A stretch of 64,000 nt of DNA from an uncultured Acidobacteriaceae bacterium (GTDB lineage: Bacteria > Acidobacteriota > Terriglobia > Terriglobales > Acidobacteriaceae). The notes below the pieces were generated by a model. That model ran no database searches and had not been told where the DNA came from. It was given only the letters and a program-made list of their open reading frames with translations. The translations under genes were made by a program, and so were the position numbers. The number at the start of each line of letters is the position of its first letter. Position 1 is the stretch's first letter. Of the stretch, positions 55,192 through 64,000 are shown in pieces. The stretch lies in NCBI GenBank assembly GCA_963834205.1, contig CAWIBI010000055.1, positions 162-64,161 of the forward strand, given 5' to 3'.

Positions 55192-58100
55192 TCACCAATA
55201 GAACTTCCCCGCGAACTGCACGGTTCGAGAGGGGAAGGCGTTTGTGATCTGTCCCAGGCTCGAACTGCAACCCTGATCAGCATTGGGGTCACAGCCGGTG
55301 TACCCCGTGTTGGGCGTGTAGAACTGCGCATGGTTGAAGGTGTTGAACAGTTCTGCCCGGAACTGTAACCGCATCGATTCTTTGATCTGCCAGTTCTTCA
55401 TGATTGCCGTGTCCCAATTCTGATACCCGGGGCCGCGCAGATAAGAGAAGTAGCGGGGAGCCGTTCCGAAGGTCCCATAGGGAGCGTAGGCGAAAGCCCC
55501 GGTATTGAACCATTCATGGATGGACGGGTTCGCGACGTGAACCGGCCCGATCACATCAGGCCGCGGATTACCGCCATAGCTGGCGATGTCTGAGCCGCTG
55601 ACGCTAAGCGGTAGACCGGACTTGAAGGTCGCAATCTGCGAAACCTCCCAGCCGCCGGCAACTGCATCCGCCAGACGGTTCATGTTGCTACCCACTGCTC
55701 TGCCGCGCCCTATCGGGAAGCTGGTAGATGTAGTTCGCGACCAGGCTGTGCGGAGTGTCTGAGCCATCCACGCTCTTCTCTGCCGCCAGGTTGTAGTTGT
55801 TCGCGGGGCCCACATTGCCCGCATACGACCAGTTATTGTTGCCTTCCACATTATCCAGGAACTTGGAATAGGTGTAGGAGACGAGGGCTGTCAAACCCTT
55901 GCTGAATCGGTGGTTGTAGTTCGCCTGCAATGCGTTGTAAAGGGAGAAGCCGACGGGAGCGTCGCCTTCGGTCACACCGCAATATTGTGGGAAGGGCTGC
56001 AAAAGCTGGGATTGCACAACCGTCGGTTGATCCAGGCCGCAGCTGCTGGTTCCCGCAGCAATGGCCCCATAAAACGGATTGGGGACCAGGGCATTCAGCG
56101 CTGCCGTGCCCATAGGCAAATACTGCGGATTCAGTTGGCTTCGATTGAAATCGGAGGTAATAATCCGCGTGCCATGATTGCCGACGTAGTTCACATCGAG
56201 CAGGTCATTCGGCGTGATGCTCCATTGCACGCCCGCCAAGAATTGCTCAACGTAGCTGGATCCTCGCTGTCGGAAGTTGCTGGTTACCGAGTTGCCAACC
56301 TGTTGCAATTCACCTAGTGAGTTTCCGGTGATCGGGATAAAGCCATTCGGCCAGGGATTGGCTACAGTCACCGCAGGGTTGGGGCTGATCGTTATTCAGA
56401 GTGACGGGAGAGACGGTGGTTGCGGCGAAGCCGGAATTCGCGGCCTCGAAGCAGCAGGAAATGGACGGAGGATAGAAGATTCCGAAGCCTCCCCGAAATA
56501 CAACCGTAGGAGCAACCTGGTAGGCAAATCCTACACGGGGAGCGACGTTTGTGTAATTTGTGTCGTAGGCAGCGCGCTGGCTACTCGGAGAGAAACTGCA
56601 GCGCGCCGGGTAGCTGTTCGCCGATGGTGGTGCCGATCGGGTTGAGCGTATTGGGATTGAAGACCGAGGCCACGTTATGCCGGTAGGTGGGCGCGGTCTG
56701 AATCTCATAGCGCAGGCCCAGGTTCAGAGTCAGTTTCGGGGTGGGCCTCCAGTCATCCTGGACATACCAGCCCAGGTAATGGATCGCCACCGCCGGATTA
56801 TAGGGGGTGCCGGCGGCCGTGCTGCTCGATTCCACCGGGAGGTGTTGTCGATCACCCCCAGCATCAACTGTGCGAGTCCGTTCCCGGTGGTGAAGCCGGT
56901 GGGGCTGTTGGGGTTTGGCCCGCTGGTGAAATTGCCCGCCGAGTCGATCGTCGTTTGAAACAATAGATGCTGATCGTCTTCAAGCTCGGCGCCCATAAAT
57001 CCAAAATTCAGAGTGTGCCGGCCTATGTTCCTGATGAAGTCGGTGGCGACGCTGCCGATGGGCCCGTGATTGGTAAGGGATGCCTCCTGAAGCGGTCCTA
57101 GAGGAGATTGTCCTCCGATATTGACGACCGGAAACTGCGGACTATTGGCATCCAGATAAGAGGGGAAGCCGATGGTGCTGGGGTGGAAACCGGCCGACTG
57201 GTTGGTCGAGGTCTCGTGCCAAAGCTCCACGCCCGCCAGGACGTTCATGGTGAATTTCGGGCCGAAGACCTGGCTGTATCCGGCAGCCATATTCCAGCGA
57301 TTATTGGGCCTGCCATTGCCCGGACCGGCTGGGTTGGACGAACCCCAGAAGTCAGGATTGCCCGTCTTGAACTCCTCCTTATAGGAGTAGCGAAAATAAG
57401 CCCTCGACCCACTGTTGATGTTGTGGTCTACGCGCACCAGGTACTCATTGGAGTGCGCGGGAGCCGTCGAGGCCACGAAGAAGTTGTTGGTAAGTCCCGA
57501 CTTGGTAGCGGCTGGATAGTAGCTGATCGAGCTTGGCTGCCGTCGGGTCGATGGCGCCTACGGTAGTGATGTCGTTATTGGCGATAGGATCGCGAATGTA
57601 GCCCGACTGGGTGGCGACCAGGCCGGTCTTAGGATCAACCTGACCTTGGGTAATCTGCCGTGTGCTGTGCGGATCGTAGATCTGGCCTACGTAGATCGCC
57701 CGTCCTAGAGCGTCGGTGCCGTTCTGGGCTCCGAGGAGCTCAGAAAAGTCGCCGGCGCGGAAGTTTGCGTCGGGCACGGTAAAGGTATCATTCAGGGGGC
57801 TTGACAGGCTGAGGTGTTCGTACAGGCCGAAGATGAAGGTCTTTTCCCGCTGTTGGTAGAGGTGCGGAATATAAAGCGGGCCGCCGGCCGACCCGCCAAA
57901 CTGGTTGCGGTGAAAGTCCTGGCGGCCAACGCCATTGTGATTGTTAAACCAGGAGTTGGCATCGAGCACGTCGTTCCGGTAGAACTCGTAGACATCCCCG
58001 TGGAAGGCGTTGGTTCCAGATTTGGTTACGACGTTGACGACGTTACCGGTGCTCCATCCGTACTGCGCAGTAAAGGAGTTGTTTTGCACCTTGAATTCCT

Positions 58101-58800
58101 GCACGGCGTCAACCGAGGGCACATAATCCACCGCTCCCCACTCCGGGTCAGTATCCCAGGCCCCATCGAGCAGATAAGCGGATGTTCCAAAGAAGCCGCC
58201 GGCGAAGTTCAGAAAGGAGATGTCCTGGTCCGCATCATCGGTCCCGTTGCTCCCCCCGCCCAACAACTGCTGGCCCTCGGAGTTGTTGCTGACCGATGAG
58301 TTGAGGGTAGCGAGGCCAAAGACGTTGCGCAAGTTCAGCGGCAACTCCACCACCTGCTTGGCGTCGATGTTCGCGGAGATATTTGCATTGTCGGTATTGA
58401 GCTGAGAGGCCTGCGCATTGACAACCACCTCCTGGCTCGTAGCCCCGACAGTGAGGGTCACGTTTTGGGTTGCCGACTGTCCGGAGTCGAGCACGATGCC
58501 TGTCTGGGTATACCCCTCGAAGCCATTCGCCTGGATTGTGAGGGTATAGGTGGCCGGCGGCAATTGGGTGAAGAGGTATCGGCCCCCGGCGTCGGTGACG
58601 ACGGTTCGCGCTATTCCATTCTGCGTGCTGGTGATTTTGACGGTCGACTGGGGCACGATAGCACCTGACGGGTCCATAACCGTGCCGTTCAAGGTTGCGG
58701 TGGTAACTGCCAGTTGCGCAATGGCTCGACCAGGGCCGCTCGCTAATGCTGCCAGTACGAATATGATTACGCTCCAATAGGAAATTCGTTTACCGTTCAA
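55192..58800 (-). pseudogene. CarboxypepD_reg-type TonB-dependent receptor broken into 6 frame segments (5 frameshifts)
   Basis: The N-terminal segment 57445-58800 carries the signal, CarboxypepD_reg and plug. Family-like sequence then continues through ORFs 56730-57476, 56581-56835, 56310-56708, 55688-56371 and 55192-55851 in different frames. Junctions lie near 57524-57531, 56836-56842, 56585-56600, 56375-56395 and 55711-55722. It ends ...VQFAGKFYW. Confidence 0.75.
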
Positions 58801-59000
58801 CTCAGCCTCCTCAAAGCTTGCAGTTCGACCATTCCCGCGCTTTTCTTGTGCGCTTCAAAAAAAACGGAATGCTGCGATGGCAGCCCTTATAGTGATTGGC
58901 GTTTTCTCACATAAGGTCTTTGCGGTAAACAGCCCGTCCTTATCCTGTTAAGACCTCTGCAAAATTATTGATTTGATAGGAACTTATGAAATTGGCGCGA

Positions 59001-59031
59001 GTGACAATCCCTGGTCCGCGAGGCGTATAAT
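59001..59031 (+). promoter_or_regulatory. Candidate sigma70-type promoter (GTGACA-19 nt-TATAAT)
   Basis: Perfect TATAAT at 59026-59031, with a -35-like gtgaca at 59001-59006. It would favour ATG 59056 (GGAGAG 8 nt upstream) as the real start of the next gene. Confidence 0.3.
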
Positions 59032-59037
59032 TCAGCG

Positions 59038-60300
59038 GTGCTGGAGAGCAGCCAAATGTTGAAGGATTCCGTCGCGGGCGCTGCAGCACTCACGGAGCTA
59101 GACAGGAAGGCTATTCAGGAGCAATTGGAACGGTTGCTGAGCAATTCCCACTTCAAGCAAAGCCGTCGTTTCCCATCCTTTCTACGTTTTGTCATAGATC
59201 AAACTCTCCAGGGCCAGACGGACATGCTCAAGGAGCGGACCCTGGGCATTGAAATCTTTGGGCGCGACCATGATTACGATACGTCCTCTGACCCCATTGT
59301 GCGGGTGACCGCGACCGAGATCCGCAAACGAATTGCGCAGTATTACCAGGAACCCGGTCACGAGACGGAACTACGGCTCTCGCTTCCTTCCGGATCCTAT
59401 ATTCCCCAGTTTCACTGGCCCGAGCCAGCCAAGGGAAACGGTGCAGCGCAGCTTGCCCTGATACCAACCCCGGTTGCTCCCATTCCAGAAAAGGCATCGC
59501 CGGCGAAGCCACGCAGACGTCTGAACTGGCGACCTGTGGTTGCCCTGGCAACGATCCTGGTTCTTCTCTGCAGCGGAGCGGCGTTTTGGTGGCGGACGGC
59601 ACAACACTCCGGGTTTGATTTTTTCTGGGGTCCGATCGTAAACGCCAGTGAACCCGTGATGTTCTGCGTGGCCGACCAAAGCCAGTATTCGGCGATCGCC
59701 CTGCGCGATGCCGCGGACCCCACTCGCCAGACCCTGCTGAAAGACAACCTGACGGCGATCGTCATTGACGACCTGAACCCGATCATCCGGGTGGCGGGGC
59801 TGCTGCAATCCAGTGGGAAAAAGTACAACTGGAAAGCCGAGAGCGCAACCAATCTCATGGATTTGCGCAACGGCCCAACTATTTTCGTGGGTGCGTTTGA
59901 CAATGCCTGGACGCTGCGACTGACCAAGCCATTGCGCTACCACTTCGCCAACAATCCAGAGATGACGGAATTCCGAATCGTCGATAGCGCCAACCCTGGG
60001 CAGCCGGGTTGGGTGGTCAACCGCTTGGAGCAGATGTCCACCAACAACTATCGCGACTTCGCCATCGTCGCCCGCTTTACCGACAGTACTACCGGCAAGC
60101 TCGCTGTCGTGGCTGCCGGTGTCGGGCGGGGAGGAACCAGGGTGGCGGGCGAATACCTGACAGATTCGGGTGACCTGGCGCAGCTTGCGCACGCCGCGGC
60201 GCAGCAAGGCAACAAGAAAAATATGCAGGTTGTGCTGAGCACGCAAATTATTGATGGCGAGCCGGGAACACCCAAAGTGGAAGCTAGCTATTTTTGGTAA
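59038..60300 (+). CDS. Hypothetical single-pass membrane protein (cytoplasmic helical N-domain, TM, unknown extracytoplasmic domain)
   Basis: Intact 420-aa ORF (414 aa from ATG 59056). The N-terminal segment is LSNSHFKQSRRFPSFLRFVIDQTLQG...LKERTLGIEIFGR...DPIVRVTATEIRKRIAQYY...LSLPSGSYIPQF. I recall this from N-termini of acidobacterial signalling/TPR proteins but cannot name the family. TM segment VVALATILVLLCSGAAFWW. Confidence 0.5.
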   Translation: MLESSQMLKDSVAGAAALTELDRKAIQEQLERLLSNSHFKQSRRFPSFLRFVIDQTLQGQTDMLKERTLGIEIFGRDHDYDTSSDPIVRVTATEIRKRIAQYYQEPGHETELRLSLPSGSYIPQFHWPEPAKGNGAAQLALIPTPVAPIPEKASPAKPRRRLNWRPVVALATILVLLCSGAAFWWRTAQHSGFDFFWGPIVNASEPVMFCVADQSQYSAIALRDAADPTRQTLLKDNLTAIVIDDLNPIIRVAGLLQSSGKKYNWKAESATNLMDLRNGPTIFVGAFDNAWTLRLTKPLRYHFANNPEMTEFRIVDSANPGQPGWVVNRLEQMSTNNYRDFAIVARFTDSTTGKLAVVAAGVGRGGTRVAGEYLTDSGDLAQLAHAAAQQGNKKNMQVVLSTQIIDGEPGTPKVEASYFW

Positions 60301-60408
60301 AAGGAGATTTTCTGGTCGGTGGCAATGCTGCTCGAGCACCTGGTGCTTAGAGCCTCTCTGAAATTCAGGGCTCCGCCCAGCCACAGAGAGAGCGGTGATC
60401 CTTTCGCA

Positions 60409-63098
60409 CTACTCCGTGCGCAGGGCCTTCAGCGGATCGATGGCCATGGCTCTGCGCGCGGGGATGTAGCAGGCGAGGAGTGCGAGCCCCGCGAGCAGCA
60501 GCGGCGCCCCAATAAGGAGACGGGGATCGCCCACTCCTACGGAAAAGGCGTCGGAGAACACGGTGGTAAGGGCGGACAGGGCTTTGGCCACGGCGACTGC
60601 ACCTAAGAATCCAATGACGTTCCCACGGCGACGAGGGTTGCGCCTTCGCGGAGCACGAGACTGAGAACCTCGATTTGCGCGCGCCCAGAGCCATGCGAAT
60701 GCCGATCTCCTTGCGCCGCTGCGCGACCGCGTAGCCGGTGACGCCGGCGAGTCCGATGGCGGAGAGGATCAGGCCGAAAAGACCGATGCCGCCGAAGGTT
60801 CGGACGGCCGAGCGCATTTCGGCGCGAGTGAGTTCAAGGTATTCGCTGAGAGTTTGCACATTGAAGAGCGTCAGATTGGGATCCATGGAAGCGACGACGC
60901 CGCGCGCCGCGCCGATTGCGTCCTCTGCGGAATGGCCGCGCACGACGATGACGATGCCGCCGCTTGGGGTCTGGGCAAAGTCGTGGCGCGTGAGGGAAAG
61001 GTAGGCGGTGGCCTTGGTCATGCCGCGCGCGTCTTTCATATCGGAGAACCACGCCGACGACTTCGTATGAGTGCTGGCCGTCGCGGAGATGTTTGCCGAT
61101 GGCGTTGTTATCGCCGAAAAGGGCGCGGGCAGCTTTTCGATTCAGCACCAGAGGCAGACGTGTCGGGGGCGTCGGCGGTTAGGTCCAGGTCGACCAGCTG
61201 ATCGCGCTCGTCGAATTCACGGCCGGCAAGAAGGGGCTGGTTCAGGACGGAAAAGAAGCCTGCACCCACGGTCTGTCGGGTGAAGCCTTTCTGCGACTGG
61301 CGATGACTGGTGCGGATCATCGACGGTGAGATGGAAGGTCATCATCATCGCCGGGCAGATAGGGCGGTTGTGCTGCAAGAGCGAAGCTGGTGATGGCCGG
61401 AGCGCTTCGCAGCCGATCGGGCAGGCGCTCGAAAAAGGCCTGTGATTTTTCAGGGGAGTAGCCGTCGCGCACCGGATCGATGAAGAGGAAGGCCATGGTC
61501 TTCGGGTTGAAGTTGGTTTGAATGCCGTTGTTCTTGACGATGCCAAGGACGAGGAATCCGGTAACCAGGAGGAGCAGGAGCGAGCCGGCGACCTGCGCGC
61601 CCATGGCAAGATTGCGGAGTCCGAAGCGCTTGTGGCGGGAAATCGGGAGAGTTCGCGCCCTGCTTGAGTGCAGGGGCGACGTCGGTATTGGTGGCCTGGA
61701 GGGCGGGGAGGACGCTGAATCCGATGCCGCAGACTACCGCGAGGAGAAGAGCGAAGACGGCGGTGTGCCAGTCGATGGCGAGCTCGGGATTGAGGGGCGA
61801 GCCAGCCGGCAGGCGCGTGTGTGCGGTGATGGCCGCGAGAGCCCAAGCGAGGGCGAATCCTGCCGCGCCGCCGAGCAGGGAAAGCAAAATGCCTTCGGTC
61901 ACCATTTGCCGGATGAGACGGAAGCGGCTGGCGCCGACGCCGAGGCGGATAGCCAATTCTTTGCGGCGGTTGATGCCGCGCGCGAGGGCCATGGTGGCGA
62001 GATTGAGGCAGGCGATGGCGGTGACGATGGCCATCAGCGCAGTGTAGAAGCCGAGGAGCTTAGGGCGAATTTCGCGGGGGATCGGCATGCGCGTGCCCGC
62101 GCCCATGAGGACAACGCGTTTCGCTTTGTCGGCCTGGGGCGGTGCGAGGGGATCGTCTTTGTCCAGGCGGCGGGTAATTCCGTCGAGGGCGGACTCGGCG
62201 GAGTCGATGCTAACGCCGGGAGCAAGGCGCATGAGGAACTGGAAGGACTTGAGGCTGGGGTGGTGAGGTGCGTCATTGCCGAGCTCTCCGAGCAGCGACG
62301 GTCGCCGGAACAGTGATGGGCACAAATAGCTCAGCGGGATGGACGGTAAGTGCGCCGTCGAATTTCGCGGGTGTGACGCCGACGATGGTCGCGTTCTGTC
62401 CGTTGAGGCGGATGGTCCGGCCGATGGTGTCCGGGTCGGAGTTGAAGCGGCTGCGCCAGTAGCGATCGCTGATGACGACTGCTGGTGCGTCGCCGGTTTT
62501 GTCCAGGGCGGCGCTGAGCAGACGGCCGCGCTGCGGCTCCATGCCGAGGACGGAGAAGTAATCGGGCGAGACGAGCTGTCCGTAGACGCTGCTCGGGCTT
62601 GCCGGACTGGCCGGGGAGGGCGACGTTGAACTGCACGTTGTTCTGAACCGGCGCGACGCCGGTGAAGAGGTCCTTCTGGTCGCGGTAGCGCTCAATGTAG
62701 GGGTAGGAGGTGGGAGTTTCGGCGGTGACGAGCTGGTTGGGATTGGCGGCGCCGGACAGTGGGCGTGTGAACAGAACCCAGCCTTGGGTGTAGATATTGG
62801 TGGTGAGGCCGATGCCGAGTCCCATGGAGGCGATGCCGACCAGGGCGTAGCCCGGCGATTTGGCGAGGGTGCGGGCCGCGTATTGCATATCGCGACCGCA
62901 TCTCGCTGAGGTATTCGAGAGGCAGGCGGAGAGCAAGGTCGCGCGATGAGGCGGACTACTCCCGCGATGCCGTGACGTTTGGCGACTTCGCCGATGGAAT
63001 CTTCACCGGCCTGCATCATCTCGTCGCCGAAGGCGAGTTTAAATTCGTGCGGGAAGGCTTCTGCCAGCCGCCTGTAGATGAGGCCACGCGATATTCAT
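60409..63098 (-). pseudogene. ADOP-family (MacB/FtsX-like) permease, heavily frameshifted (about 10-12 frame changes)
   Basis: The ATG at 63096-63098 lies 3 nt after the PadR stop but is out of frame with the family-like N-terminus ISRGLIYRRLAEAFPHEFKLAFGDEMMQ. Family-like segments are spread over all three frames: RDMQYAARTLAKSPGY, VYGQLVSPDYFSVLGMEPQRGRL, LARGINRRKELAIRLGVGASRFRLIRQMVTEGILL, RRKEIGIRMALGAR and ARRAMAIDPLKALRTE. Confidence 0.7.
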
Positions 63099-63101
63099 AG
63101 G

Positions 63102-63461
63102 TCACCCTTGTTCTGTCACCATTGCGCGTTTTGACTTGATGGCTTCGACTAATTCCTGAAGGCGCTCGCACTCCGCATCGAGGACACGTTTGCCGAGCGA
63201 GGTAAGGCGATAGTAGCGGCGGCGGGCGTCGTCGTCTGCAGGCGCCGGGCGTTTGTTGGACTCCTCGATGAGGTCGGCTTCAATCAGGCGCTTGATCGAG
63301 CCGTAGAGCGTGGCCGGCCAGAGGCGTACCTTGCCGGTGGTGCGGTCGAGGACGTCCTGCATGATGCCGTACCCGTGCTGCTCTCCGCCGGCGAGGGCCA
63401 GCATGATGTGAAACCACTGCGACTTGAGGGGGAGGAAGGCTTGAACTTGGGCCTCGGTCAT
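63102..63461 (-). CDS. PadR-family transcriptional regulator
   Basis: MTEAQVQAFLPLKSQWFHIMLALAGGEQHGYGIMQDV...LWPATLYGSIKRLIEADLI...RRYYRLTSLGKRVL. The start is taken at ATG 63459-63461; the track ORF extends to 63479. Confidence 0.85.
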   Translation of the reverse strand: MTEAQVQAFLPLKSQWFHIMLALAGGEQHGYGIMQDVLDRTTGKVRLWPATLYGSIKRLIEADLIEESNKRPAPADDDARRRYYRLTSLGKRVLDAECERLQELVEAIKSKRAMVTEQG

Positions 63462-63467
63462 GAATAG

Positions 63468-63493
63468 AATATATATCAATCAATATATATATT
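63468..63493. promoter_or_regulatory. AT-rich inverted repeat AATATATAT-N8-ATATATATT immediately upstream of the second PadR gene (candidate operator/-10 region)
   Basis: Read directly. It is the only strongly AT-rich symmetric element in the PadR/oxidoreductase divergent region. Confidence 0.25.
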
Positions 63494-63722
63494 GGTCAAG
63501 CAAGTTTTCTGGGCACCGACAGTGCACAGCATTCTGCGACGAGCGCTGCGTCCAAATCCCGCCACTGTCAGAGACTGGTCGCAGGGTTCGTCACGCCAGG
63601 CGTACCGTGGGCGAGCCTGCCAGCGTGGGTTACATCCATCGGCAGAATCACTTAGGCCAAAGGTTTCCGGGGCCGACGGAACCTCGTATGCGATGGCCCG
63701 CCGGTTGCACCTGGGTGTGGAC

Positions 63723-64000
63723 ATGGACACCAAGGGGAGCGAAACACTGGCTGGGAATTTGGAAGTCTACGATGTGGTCATCCTCGGCGGGGGTACTGGG
63801 TCGACAGTTGCCGCATGGACATTTGCCGGCCAGGGACAGCGCGTTGCGGTAATTGAGCGCAAGTACATCGGTGGATCATGCCCCAACATCGCGTGCCTGC
63901 CGAGTAAGAATATTGTCCACAGCGCGAAGGTAGCGTCGTATTTTCGTCGAGGGCAGGAGTTCGGCATGTTCGCGGGTGGCTTGCGCGTTGACATGGCCGC
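63723..64000 (+). CDS. FAD-dependent pyridine nucleotide-disulfide oxidoreductase (class I; mercuric reductase / dihydrolipoamide dehydrogenase-like), 3' end outside the window
   Basis: Not in the ORF track because it has no stop inside the window. From ATG 63723 it reads MDTKGSETLAGNLEVYDVVILGGGTGSTVAAWTFAGQGQRVAVIERKYIGGSCPNIACLPSKNIVHSAK. This includes the GxGxxG FAD fold and the redox-active CxxxxC (CPNIAC). Confidence 0.75.
   Translation, partial: MDTKGSETLAGNLEVYDVVILGGGTGSTVAAWTFAGQGQRVAVIERKYIGGSCPNIACLPSKNIVHSAKVASYFRRGQEFGMFAGGLRVDMA

Overview
GC-rich chromosomal window that looks like Acidobacteriota (Terriglobia-like). That placement is an inference from gene content: two PadR + ADOP-type (MacB/FtsX-like) permease pairs, three CarboxypepD_reg-type TonB-dependent receptors (TBDRs), nine secreted TPR proteins and two CRTAC1/ASPIC-UnbV FG-GAP proteins. 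The rest is a carbohydrate-utilisation landscape. It holds GH63-like, GH43/130-like, GH5-like, GH95-like, GH51, GH79-like and GH31 enzymes and a type-B carboxylesterase. Regulators are LacI, AraC, a CGNR zinc-finger protein, a sigma54 GAF-GAF activator and a sugar-binding-protein/HisKA_3 kinase/NarL-type regulator trio. I found no rRNA, tRNA, CRISPR array, prophage, transposase or recognisable defence genes. All family calls come from motif recognition by eye; no searches were run. Main points worth a second look: (1) Two versions of a CRTAC1 + TPR + redox-partner module. One is an operon with a heptaheme cytochrome c; the other is a single 1253-aa fusion carrying a CxxS redoxin domain. (2) Each of the three TBDRs is followed by secreted TPR protein(s) and usually a glycoside hydrolase, suggesting a possible SusC/SusD-like analogue. 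(3) Four disrupted genes, all from large paralogous families (2 ADOP permeases, 2 TBDRs). Their frameshifts are strongly biased toward one surplus nucleotide, while neighbouring genes are intact. This is either real decay or a paralogue-specific assembly artefact. (4) An unlisted 47-aa SmtA/BmtA-like metallothionein ORF. (5) Several REP/REPIN/MITE-like palindromic repeat elements in intergenic regions.
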